This document shows, piece by piece, positions 1 through 11,916 of a stretch of 64,000 nucleotides of DNA. The stretch covers positions 372,001 through 436,000 of the forward strand of contig NIVC01000387.1 in the NCBI GenBank assembly GCA_002269645.1, read 5' to 3'. Under the pieces are notes generated by a model. It worked only from the letters and a program-made list of their open reading frames with translations. It was not told the origin of the DNA and did no database searches. The position numbers and the translations under genes were made by a program. Origin of the DNA: Macrostomum lignano (taxonomy: Eukaryota). Numbering within the stretch: position 1 is the first letter of the stretch; each line of letters opens with the position of its first letter.

Positions 1-307
1 CCGAGGCGCTCATTGTGTGCGCTTCGAATGCGACCAGACGGCCTTCCAACTAAAACTGTTATTTCACCGCTGCAGAGCGTCCCCGTGCTGGAGAGAGGTC
101 AACTCGACGATCGCAGCCGTTACAAGGAAATTGTGAAAGAAGGCAAGATCGAAAGCAAGCAAGCTGCAGAGGATCGAACTGAGAGTAGCAGGAGCTGGCT
201 CGACAACGCTGACAAGAGAAGACCAACTTAGAGCAAAAGTACATGTAATGCATGCAAAGGCTTGCCGCAAATTCTGATCAAAATTATTTTTAAAAATATT
301 CAGAGCA

Positions 308-3300
308 ATGCAGCTGCTACAGTCAGAGCTATTGGCAGTCCTGATTGTGCTGCTAATACCAGGTGAGTACGAACTCAAATCCTGCTTGTTGATGTCTCTC
401 AGAGCTCAGAGCTTAAGCGAGATCCCCACTGTTCAAGACAAGTCAGGACAAAAAATTTCCTGTGAGAAGTTTCTTGAAAGCTGACCTTTCAGATAGTCTG
501 CAAGCTTCTATAGCTGTCCGGGATGGCAGCAAGTTCAAGATTTTCTCAAGTCAAGATTGCAAAGAATTTTGTTAGAAATCGGTCACTCTGGCAGGCAGAC
601 GGATCGCAACAGTCTGGAATCGCTCCGAAACTGAACCATTTCAAATACTTTGCTTCCCAACAGAGCCGGGCGCGAGCTCTGTACGCATTTGGGACTGCCA
701 ATTCCAATTATGCCAGCCGTAGACTGGCAGCGGGGGTCCAAGGGGCTCCGACTAATTTGCTTTACGAGCCCTGCGGGTGCCATGCGGCCGTGCCGCGCTG
801 CCGGCGGTCAATGGGCTGATGAATGACAGGGCGGCCCAGAACTGGGATTGCTGCAGCCCTGCCCTCCTCCTGCAGCATTCGATCCCGATCGTTAGAAGCT
901 CCACGCAGCTGCTGTAAGAGAAAAGGCGATGAAGAGATTGGGTGTTTAGGTTTGAAACACTGGCGATCTGCGGCAGCAGTACAGAATGCACTATTTCCGG
1001 TACACTGGGTTTCTCCTATTGCGGCTGTATGCAACTCCGCTGTACAGTGTCAACAGATCCAAACAGAACTCCTTTAGCGCGAACAGATGAATGTTATAAG
1101 TCTTCCATAGGTTTGATTCAATACAACAGCATGCTAATGACCTTCCTTGAACCCCGGGCTGAAGTGTCCCAGACGGGCTACCACGAGCGGCGCCTGCTCT
1201 ACTACCTGTTCCACCCGAACAACCGCAGCAGCGCCCTGCAGGTGCACAACCCGGTTGAGCGCCCGGTGAGAAACGACTCAGGCGTCCTCTATGTCTGGTT
1301 CAAGGTCTCGCTACAGCAAATTATCGACGTGGTGAGCTGTGAAAATTGTTGACGGTAAGGTAAACTATCATCAAATTATTAATCCAATTTCCATAAAATT
1401 TTAGGATGAGAAAAATCAGATCCTATTTGCCAACATTTGGCTTGATCTGGTAAGTCGGAGACGTCGCTTTTTGCAACCAACCATTGTTACTTTATGCCTG
1501 TGTCCAGCTGCAAAATTTCAATTTTGACTGCAAACTAAAAGACGGAATACATATACACGCTAATGCATTTCAATGCGAAATTCTCACCGCCTACACAAAC
1601 TACACGATTCGCCAGTGTTGCGTCCTTCTTAACATAAGTTTTTACTGGTCCTTACTTAAGCAACGCAAGAAGGGCCACTGAGAACACTCGGGTAGCAATG
1701 TAAACCTTCCTGAATTCAAAATTTTCAGGAAGCATGTGGGCTGTGTGCAGCTTATAGTCGACCAATAATACACTCGTAGCCAGCGGGGAGGCTCTTAGAC
1801 TCACCCTGAGCACTCACTAGGATACGTACGAGTACAGAGGCACACTCGGTGATTGACAACTGTAATTATTGTCATCATGGCAGTCTGTGCTGTGAGTTGT
1901 CTTTATAATGAGTGGAAAGCGCACGAGTCCCGGACTGCTACCTATCCAGTTAGCCAGTTTGGGCACAAGTTTTGCTATCAAAATCAAAGAGACCTTGACC
2001 TCACCTCCGCTGGTTGCACTTGCAGACTTGGAACGACTATCATTTCGTGTGGGACCCGAAGGACTTTGGTGACATCACAAAAATCAACATCGACCCTCGC
2101 AAAGTGTGGCGGCCGGATATCCTGCTGTACAACAGGTCAGTGGATTTGCGAGGGAGGCGTTTCAATGCAAACTGGAGTTTTTCGGTTCATTCCAGGTTCA
2201 AGGAGGTCATGAATAAAACTACCAAAAACCGCATAGAAAGCACTAAGGAACCAAATCAATGATCAACCTTGTATATGCAAATTTTTGCGACACCGTATAA
2301 AGGCCGATTCACATTGCCACTAATAGCTGGCTCGGCGGGTCAGATTGCTCAAATCGAGTACAGTTTGTTCGCACCCGTTTAAAAATTGATTTGAGCCATC
2401 TTTGGCCAAATCAAAAGCCAAAAGGGATTGTTGCCTAGTGGTTAGAGCGTCGGACTCACGACTTGAAGTTCGGGGGTTCGATTCTCGATCCTACTGGAAC
2501 GATTCGTGTCCAAGGACCACTAGAATTTACCATGCCAGTGTTGCGTCCTGATACAACGGTAACTTCTAGTGGTCCTTGTTCGTGTCCTTGAGCAAGACAC
2601 TTAACTCTGCATTGCTTCAGTTCACCCAGCTGTAAAATTGGTGCCAGCATTAGCTGGGGTAATTAAGGGTGTGTGGCGAACCCCCCCCCCCCAGTCCTTG
2701 GACTGAACAGCCGTACGCAGCCTGTATTCAGCGTACTCAGCCTGTCGGTTGCACATCTGGCCCTAATTGGGGCGCGTGTAATCAATTATATTATTATCAT
2801 TAAGAGCATCGTGCGCATCGAACGGGTAACGCAACGTAAATAACTGGCACAACATAATGCCACCCTGGTCCTCACAACTGACTCATCACGCTAGCGATTA
2901 ATCAATAAAGGTTTCGAGCTGCGTCAGGAACTCTCGAAAACTTCACCCAAAAACTGCCCGCGCCCCTCGCCCCACAGCGCGGACGAAAAATTCGATGGCA
3001 CCTACCCGACAAACGTGGTGATTGAGCACACAGGCAACATGAACTTCATCCCGCCGGGCATGTTTCGCTCCACCTGCAAGATCGACACCACCTGGTTCCC
3101 GTTCGACACTCAGATCTGCAAGCTGAAGTTCGGCTCCTGGTCCTACGACGGCGGCACGCTGGACCTGCGGCTCAAGTGCTCCAACGAATCGCTGGACACC
3201 ACGGAGAAGCGGCTCAGCGACCCCCAGCGCTGCTCGGAGGTCGGCCAGGCTGATCTGGAGACCTACATCACCAGCGGCGAGTGGAGCCTGGAAGGCAAGA

Positions 3301-6300
3301 GAACGAAATTTTCTTTAGATAAATCAGACTTTATACGCAGTTTCTCTACTTCCAGTAGCAACTTGGCGCAGTAGACTCGTGCTTTGCTTGGCGACTTGAC
3401 GTTGCTCCTTTACACTCCTTGTATAATTGATTTGTCCTGTTAACTATCCCACTGGCTCACAGTGAATAAATATAAAATTTACAACGCCAAGAGACTGACT
3501 ATTTTGTCTTTGCTAACACCATTACAGCACCATTGTAAATAACAGCACTGCTAGTCTAAACATATCAATAGTGATATAGTAATGATATAATAGTGCATTA
3601 TATCGATCGCAGCATCTTGTCCCGAGTGCCAGAGCCAATTATTCCCACCGGGTCTCATTTGCTTCAACCCCCCCCCCTTAACTCTCCGCTCCGCCAGGCG
3701 TCCCCGGCGTGCGCACGGCCGCCAAATACGACTGCTGTCCCTACCCGTTCATCGACCTGAGCTACTTCATCCGGATCCGCAGGCGGACTCTGTACTACGG
3801 CATCAACCTCATCATCCCCTGCGTGCTCATCTCAACTATGTCGCTGCTCACCTTCCTGCTGCCGCCGGATGCTGGCGAGAAGATCTCTTTGGGTGCGTGT
3901 CCTGGGTAGCCGGCCGAACCGGCTCCGGTGTCCGGTACCCGGTAACCAAAAAATAGCGCCGGGAACCGGAAACTGGTTATCCCCAGAGACCTAGTCTTAG
4001 TCGAAATACCAGTCCAGCAAATGCAGGCATGATGATCATGCTGTCACACACAACACAGTTCCACTTGCAGGCGTGATGATCATGCTGTCACACACAACAC
4101 TTCCAATTGCAGGCGTGATGATCATGCTGTCACACAACACAGTTCCAATTGCAGGCGTGATGATCATGCTGTCACACACAGTTCCAATTGCAGGCGTGAT
4201 GATCATGCTGTCACACACAGTTCCAATTGCAGGCGTGATGATCATGCTGTCACACACTGTTCCAATTGCAGGCGTGATGATCATGCTGTCACACACAGTT
4301 CCAATTGCAGGCGTGATGATCATGCTGTCACACAACACAGTTCCACTTGCAGGCGTGATGATCATGCTATCACACACAACACAGTTCCACTTGCAGGCGT
4401 GATGATCATGATGTCACACACAACACAGTTCCACTTGCAGGCGTGATGATCATGCTGTCACACAACACTGTTCCACTTGCAGGCGTGATGATCATGATGT
4501 CACACACAACACAGTTCCACTTGCAGGCGTGATGATCATGCTGTCACACAACACAGTTCCACTTGCAGGCGTGATGATCATGCTGTCACACAACACTGTT
4601 CCAATTACAGGCGTGATGATCATGCTGTCACACAACACTGTTCCAATTGCAGACGTGATGATCATGCTGTCACACAACACAGTTCCACTTGCAGGCGTGA
4701 TGATCATGATGTCACACACAACACAGTTCCACTTGCAGGCGTGATGATCATGCTGTCACACACAACACAGTTCCACTTGCAGGCGTGATGATCATGCTGT
4801 CACACAACACTGTTCCAATTGCAGACGTGATGATCATGCTGTCACACACTGTTCCAATTACAGGCGTGATGATCATGCTGTCACACAACACTGTTCCAAT
4901 TGCAGGCGTGATGATCATGCTGTCACACAACACAGTTCCACTTGCAGGCGTGATGATCATGATGTCACACACAACACAGTTCCACTTGCAGGCGTGATGA
5001 TCATGCTGTCACACAACACTGTTCCAATTGCAGGCGTGATGATCATGCTGTCACACAACACAGTTCCACTTGCAGGCGTGATGATCATGCTGTCACACAC
5101 AACACTGTTCCAATTGCAGGCGTGATGATCATGCTGTCACACACAACACTGTTCCAATTGCAGGCGTGATGATCATGCTGTCACACACAACACTGTTCCA
5201 ATTGCAGGCGTGATGATCATGCTGTCACACACTGTTCCAATTACAGGCGTGATGATCATGCTGTCACACAACACTGTTCCAATTGCAGGCGTGATGATCA
5301 TGCTGTCACACAACACAGTTCCACTTGCAGGCGTGATGATCATGCTGTCACACACAACACTGTTCCAATTGCAGGCGTGATGATCATGCTGTCACACACA
5401 ACACTGTTCCAATTGCAGGCGTGATGATCATGCTGTCACACACTGTTCCAATTACAGGCGTGATGATCATGCTGTCACACAACACTGTTCCAATTGCAGG
5501 CGTGATGATCATGCTGTCGCTGTCCATGTTTCAACTGCTGGTGGCCGACTCCATGCCCAAGACGTCCGAGGCGGTGCCCCTGATCGGTGAGGCTCGTTCT
5601 GTGGGAGCAGCAGTGGACAGAGTTTATACATTTCGTAGTTCTAGAAGAGCATCTATATCTGCACTTGCTTCAAGGTGGTCAGGTGTGCAGCCAACAGCAC
5701 AGCCGCTGCAAAAAGCTCGCACATTGCTTTGATTGCGTGAGGGTCGCAGCTGACACCCTGTAAATGTTACATGCATTTCTACCCAATCACAGCAGCGTGA
5801 GCTGGAGCTCAGCTTAATTTTTTATTCGCACACGGTGGCTGGCGTAACTTAACAGATGACTCAACCAGCTTATTAAGCTGCGTACTAACCGGGACCATCT
5901 TTTCTTAACTTTGCCAATTTGCTGACCCACTGGGCTAGGCGGCTCTCAAATTTCAGGTCATAATTATTGAATGGTAACAATTTTAATATAGTAACGTATA
6001 TGTCAGGAGTTAATTTATGCATTGCAGTGATGTACTTCACCTGCACGATGGTCATGTGCAGCCTGTCCGTGGTGTTCACCGTCATCGTGCTCAACTATCA
6101 TCACCGGGACGCTGAGTCGCATCCTGTGCCGCGATGGGTGAGGCTAGCTGTCTTGATAATTCAATATTCAATTCTGAGTTTGCTGGTGTCAGCTTCCAGG
6201 TGTCAGCTTCCAGGTGTCAGCTTCCAGGTGTCAGCTTCCAGGTGTCAGCTTCCAGGTGTCAGCTTCCAGGTGTCAGCTTCCAGGTGTCAGCTTCCAGGTG

Positions 6301-7167
6301 TCAGCTTCCAGGTGTCAACTTCCAGGTGTCAGCTTCCAGGTGTCAGCTTCCAGGTGTCAGCTTCCAGGTGTCAGCTTCCAGGTGTCAGCTTCCAGGTGTC
6401 AGCTTCCATCTGGACCTTGGTTTCAGCTCCCAGGCATTCCATCTGGACCCTGGTTTTAGCTCTCTGGTATCCCATCTGGACCTTGTTTTCAGCTCTCTGG
6501 TATCGAACCTAGACTTTTGGTGTCAGCTCACAGGTGTTCCGTTCTCCGTGCATTCACTGACTCAGAGCTCGTGTTCCATCAGCGGAAGTGATGCAGTGCA
6601 ATGCAATTTCTACACAAAAATTCACCATCTAAAATCCTCCAGGTGAAGAAGTTCATCTGCACTTACCTGGCAAACATCCTGTGCATGAAGAACCACCGCC
6701 AGGAAGAGGCCGAACAGGAGTTCATCCGGCTGAGGCGCCCGAAGAACTTTGCCGCCGCCGCGGCCGCCGCGTCAGCCGCCGCCTCGCACCGTGGCGCGTC
6801 GTTCCGCGATACCGCCGGAGCGGCGGGGCTGCCGCAGCGACCCTCCAAGTCCCTGCTGGCCAACGTGCTCGATTTGGAAAATGGCGTCCAGACGGTCAGC
6901 GGCGGTGTCGATGGCGGTTGCGGCGTAGGTGGAGGCGGAGGCGGCGGTGGTGGCGGCGGCAACCCCAACGGTCTGTCGGTGGTGCTGGACGAGCTGCGCA
7001 TCGTCACGCGGAAGATCGCCGACGACACGACGGCGTCGGATATCAGCAGCGACTGGAAATTCGCGGCTCGCGTGGTGGACCGGCTCTGCCTGATTGTCTT
7101 CTCCTGCTTCACCGTCATCTCCACCTGCTCCATCCTGTTCTCAGCGCCCGACGTCTACAAAGGCTGA
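308..7167 (+). CDS. Nicotinic acetylcholine receptor alpha subunit, alpha7-like (Cys-loop ligand-gated ion channel), 9 exons, about 536 aa
   Basis: Hand-spliced join(308..362,1165..1331,1405..1449,2026..2135,2978..3294,3698..3892,5500..5586,6028..6137,6643..7167) = 1611 nt, open, all phases consistent. It contains a signal-peptide-like exon 1 ([18 protein letters not shown]), [16 protein letters not shown], Cys-loop [15 protein letters not shown], loop B WSY, loop C vicinal cysteines YDCC (alpha type), M1 [14 protein letters not shown]...GEKISLG, M2 exon [28 protein letters not shown]3 and M4 ([14 protein letters not shown]). All introns are GT-AG except 3295..3697 (GC-AG). Confidence 0.95.
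1603..1660 (+). mobile_element. Degenerate fragment related to the SINE at 2424-2802
   Basis: ACGATTC-GCCAGTGTTGCGTCCT...TGGTCCTT is colinear with 2499-2577. It shares an exact 16-mer (1611-1626 vs 2534-2549) but lacks the left hairpin arm. Confidence 0.45.
2424..2802 (+). mobile_element. tRNA-derived SINE with CORE-like domain, in nAChR intron 4
   Basis: A-box-like TAGTGGTTAGAGCG and B-box GGTTCGATTC. Downstream CCTTGAGCAAGACACTTAAC...CAGTT...CTGTAAAATTGG resembles the MIR/CORE-SINE core (CCTTGGGCAAGTCACTTAAC...CAGTTT...CTGTAAAATGGG, from memory). Ends in an (ATT)n-like tail near 2785-2802. Confidence 0.75.
4023..5518 (+). repeat. 39/42/44-bp minisatellite (about 35 copies) whose unit contains the splice acceptor and first 19 nt of the nAChR M2 exon
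   Basis: Unit (ACAC[AC][AAC]AC(A/T)GTTCCA(A/C)TTGCAG|GCGTGATGATCATGCTGTC). The last copy runs directly into the unique M2 exon at 5500. Confidence 0.97.
6185..6408 (+). repeat. 14-bp minisatellite (CTTCCAGGTGTCAG) x16 in nAChR intron 8
   Basis: Near-perfect tandem array starting about 48 nt after the donor at 6138. Confidence 0.95.
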
Positions 7168-7240
7168 GGAATTTCATGGGGGGGGGGGGAATCCCGGCCG
7201 GAGGCCGAATCTCAGACGGGAACATTGAAATTAGATGGGA

Positions 7241-7700
7241 GGGAAATCCCAAGGGGAATCCTAAGGAGGGAAATACCAAGGGAAATCTAAGAAGGGAAAT
7301 CTAAGAAGGGAAAGGGAAAGGGAAACTAAGGGAAACTAAGAAGGGAAATCCCAAGGGGGAATCCTAAGGAGGGAAATCCCAAGGGGGAATACTAAGAAGG
7401 GAAATCCCAAGGGGGAATCCTAAGGAGGGAAATCCCAAGGGGGGAATACTAAGAAGGGAAATCCCAAGGGGGAATCCTAAGGAGGGAAATCCCAAGGGGG
7501 AATACTAAGAAGGGAAATCCCAAGGGGGAATCCGAAGGAGGGAAATTCCAAGGGGGAATACTAAGAAGGGAAATCCCAAGGGAGAATCCTAAGGAGGGAA
7601 ATCCCAAGGGGGAAACCTAAGGAGGGAAATCAAAAGGGGAATCCTAAGGAGGGAAATCCCAAGGAGGGAAATCCTAAGGGGAAATCCTAAGGAGGGAAGT
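7241..7700 (+). repeat. 28-bp purine-rich minisatellite just 3' of the nAChR stop (probable 3' UTR)
   Basis: AGGGAAATCCCAAGGGGGAATCCTAAGG units, alternating with ATACTAAGA variants. Confidence 0.9.
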
Positions 7701-8486
7701 CTCAATGATAGAAATCTCATACAGAATGATTCTTGGGTAGAATTTTTCTGCGGCAGATGGCTGCCCGAATGAAAAGTTATCTTCTATTTTCTATCACGAG
7801 CTTGCTCTTGCAGCTTTTTCCAACCATCAAACAACAACGGTTGGATTCTTTACGCCACTTTTTGTCCGAAAAAGTAAACACAATTTTGAATGTCAGCTCG
7901 TGTTATTAAAACAAATAAATCCGTTGTACAAAAGCTCGTAACCATGGCAACAATAAAATGCTTTAAAGCAGCTCGTTACTGAATTTTACTGAATTCCTCG
8001 CCTGCGTGTTTCTGTCGGCAAGCCGCTCCTGAGTGTGGCTGCAGCTCTCCTGAATATTTGATGCCGGCCAGGGGGATTCTGGGGCTGTCCATCTAGAGGG
8101 GCACCGAGCCTTCGATTATTTGAGCCAACCGAATCCGGCCTTAATCCCCAAAGCTGCGGTGCTCAAACTGCGATAGTGAGCTCTGAGACTATGCGGATAA
8201 CTGGGCTGCGGGATTTCAACTCAAACAATGGCTTAGTAAGTCCCACTCCGGGAAATATCCCCTTAAAATATGAATATAAAGTAGGAGTTATCCTCCCGAC
8301 TCCATCTCTCACTCCGGGATCTCATTTCTTTTTATCCTTTCCCGCTCTACTCAGCGATTCTCTTCATCTTTCAAAAACATTTCTGCAGTTCTCAGCGCCC
8401 GCAACTGCAGAGCGCTGAGCCTACTTTGAGGTGCCGCCCTGAGTGCTGAGTCCATACGAATAATTTCCATTATTATTCATTTGGAA

Positions 8487-8997
8487 TGCACCCTGCTCTA
8501 ACTGCACCCTACTCTAACTGCACCCTACTCTAACTGCCCCCTACTCTAACTGCACCCTACTCTAACTGCACCCTACTCTAACTGCACCCTACTCTAACTG
8601 CACCCTACTCTAACTGCATCCTACTCTAACTGCACCCTACTCTAACTACACCCTACTCTAACTACACCCTACTCTAACTGCACCCTACTCTAACTGCACC
8701 CTACTCTAACTGCACCCTACCCTAACTGCACCCTGCTCTAACTGCACCCTGCTCTAACTGCACCCTGCTCTAACTGCACCCTGCTCTAACTGCACCCTAC
8801 TCTAACTGCACCCTGCTCTAACTGCACCCTACTCTAACTGCACCCTGCTCTAACTGCACCCTACTCTAACTGCACCCTGCTCTAACTGCACCCTACTCTA
8901 ACTGCACCCTGCTCTAACTGCACCCTACTCTAACTGCACCCTGCTCTAACTGCACCCTACTCTAACTGCACCCTGCTCTAACTGCACCCTGCTCTAA
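8487..8997 (+). repeat. 16-bp minisatellite (TGCACCCT(A/G)CTCTAAC), about 32 copies
   Basis: Direct inspection. Confidence 0.95.
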
Positions 8998-9377
8998 TTG
9001 CGGTATTCTCATTACCACATATCCCATAGCACTGCATCAGAAGCAAGCAGGAACCCAGATTCTGGCCTCCATCGTAAGGCCGGATTTCTCACCCACTCAG
9101 CTGTCGCTCCGGTTTCATTTAGAGGCAGCTCAAATTGATTTTGCCACAGCGGAAAGTGGAATTACCTGGCACTTCAGCAACTGCTGATTTTCCTACAAAA
9201 AATCAAGCCCGAATGTCAGTCCCATTTGGCTGCGTAGTTGAGACCAAGAGCACCTGAAGGCTTTTAAGTTCCTTCCGAGCTTCTTCTTTTGAGTTACCGT
9301 CAGCTTTGCATCGTCAATTTAGATATAAAAGACGGCTGCGCTGAAATGGACTGAAATGCTGATAGATTATTATTGAA

Positions 9378-9994
<617 letters not shown>

Positions 9995-10763
9995 CTGTCC
10001 AGAATTCCAGCTGCTTCAATAAGCACTGTTTTATGACTGCAAGATGGAATCTGAACCAGCTGCTTAGCGCTTCATCATATTTCATAATTTCATCAGTCCG
10101 TTTCCGAGGTCGCAGCGACTCCACTCCGGTCCTGAGGAGCGTCAGAGACCACTCGCCCCTCTGGCTAGCCTGAGCCGCCCTGAGTCCCCGCCGTTTCCCG
10201 GGAAGGAAGCCGGCCTGCCGGATGCAATAAACAACTTTTGTCCCGATATCCCGCTGAGCAACAAAAATTACAGCCTATAAAGCCCACTTCCTCCCCTGAA
10301 AGCGAAGGCAAAGGCAAATTCTCGTGCAGTTCAAATCCCCCCGGCTCTGCGCTGGGTTGAGTCGCGTGCCGCGCAAGCCTTGAGATTTAGACCAGATATG
10401 GGAATTAGATCAGAGCGCCGGCTCACATGCATAGTTTGTTTGGAAGATACAGGATAATTGGCGCTGGCCATGAAGCTTTCAGCATTGCATGACGGTGCGA
10501 CAATAAGGTAGAATGAATTCGGCATTGAATGCGACAAGAAATTGCCAGGTTAAGCCTGCGATACGCAACTTGCCTGCGACTCTCTGCGCTCTGTGCTTGT
10601 GTGAGCTCACTTGACCTGAGCGGAGTCAGAGTGCGAATCACCGCATCGTGAGAGTTCAAGTCAGATTCACAACATGAGAACTGCAGCCTGATAGTCCCAG
10701 CAACAGAGAGTCACAGTGTGAGAACCACAGGCCAGGGGTATAGGCCCAGCAGCAGAGAGCTAG

Positions 10764-11916
10764 TATGAGAGTTAGTGGGAGAGTCAGTGTGAAAGTCAGC
10801 ATGAAAATCAGCATAAGAGTCAGTGGGAGAGTCAGTGCGAGAGTCAGTGTGAGAGTCAGTGTGAGAGTCAGTGTGAGAGTCAGTGCGAGAGTCAGTATGA
10901 GAGTCAGTGCGAGAGTCAGTGTGAGAGTCAGTGTGAGAGTCAGTGTGAGAGTCAGTGCGAGAGTCAGTGTGAGAGTCAGTGCGAGAGTCAGTATGACAGT
11001 CAGCATGAGAGTCAGTGTGAGAGTCAGTGTGAGAGTCAGTGCGAGAGTCAGTGCGAGAGTCAGTGTGAGAGTCAGTGCGAGAGTCAGTATGACAGTCAGC
11101 ATGAGAGTCAGTGCGAGAGTCAGTGTGAGAGTCAGTGCGAGAGTCAGTGTGAGAGTCAGTGTGAGAGTCAGTGTGAGAGTCAGTGCGAGAGTCAGTGTGA
11201 GAGTCAGTGCGAGAGTCAGTGAGAGAGTCAGTATGACAGTCAGCATGAGAGTCAGTGTGAGAGTCAGTGTGAGAGTAAGTGTGAGAGTCAGTGCGAGAGT
11301 CAGCATGACAGTCAGCATGAGAGTCGGTGGGAGAGTCAGTGAGAGAGTCAGTATGACAGTCAGCATGAGAGTCAGTGTGAGAGTCAGTGTGAGAGTCAGT
11401 GCGAGAGTCAGCATGACAGTCAGCATGAGAGTCGGTGGGAGAGTCAGTGTGAGAGTCAGTGTGAGAGTCAGTGCGAGAGTCAGCATGACAGTCAGCATGA
11501 GAGTCAGTGTGAGAGTCAGTGTGAGAGTCAGTGTGAGAGTCAGTGCGAGAGTCAGCATGACAGTCAGCATGAGAGTCGGTGGGAGAGTCAGTGAGAGAGT
11601 CAGTATGACAGTCAGCATGAGAGTCAGTGTGAGAGTCAGTGTGAGAGTCAGCATGACAGTCAGCATGAGAGTCGGTGGGAGAGTCAGTGTGAGAGTCAGT
11701 GTGAGAGTCAGTGCGAGAGTCAGCATGACAGTCAGCATGAGAGTCGGTGGGAGAGTCAGTGTGAGAGTCAGTGTGAGAGTCAGTGCGAGAGTCAGCATGA
11801 CAGTCAGCATGAGAGTCAGTGTGAGAGTAAGTGTGAGAGTCAGTGTGAGAGTCAGCATGAGAGTCGGTGGGAGAGTCAGTGTGAGAGTCAGTGTGAGAGT
11901 CAGTGGGAGAGTCAGC
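10764..11916 (+). repeat. 12-bp minisatellite (GAGAGTCAGTGT and variants)
   Basis: Direct inspection. It produces the spurious 385/400-aa RVSV/LTLT ORFs. Confidence 0.95.

Noticed and set aside
13-231. 72-aa ORF upstream of the nAChR
   Set aside because: It has a non-ATG start in the track, no recognisable motif and no splice support. It is probably 5' flank or UTR.
2424-2495. tRNA genes here and at 62256-62310
   Set aside because: A and B boxes are present but there is no complete acceptor stem or cloverleaf, and both continue into SINE bodies.
8132-9086. 12-bp perfect inverted repeat (AATCCGGCCTTA/TAAGGCCGGATT) flanking the 16-bp array
   Set aside because: A few such pairs are expected by chance within 1 kb across 64 kb, and there is no TSD.
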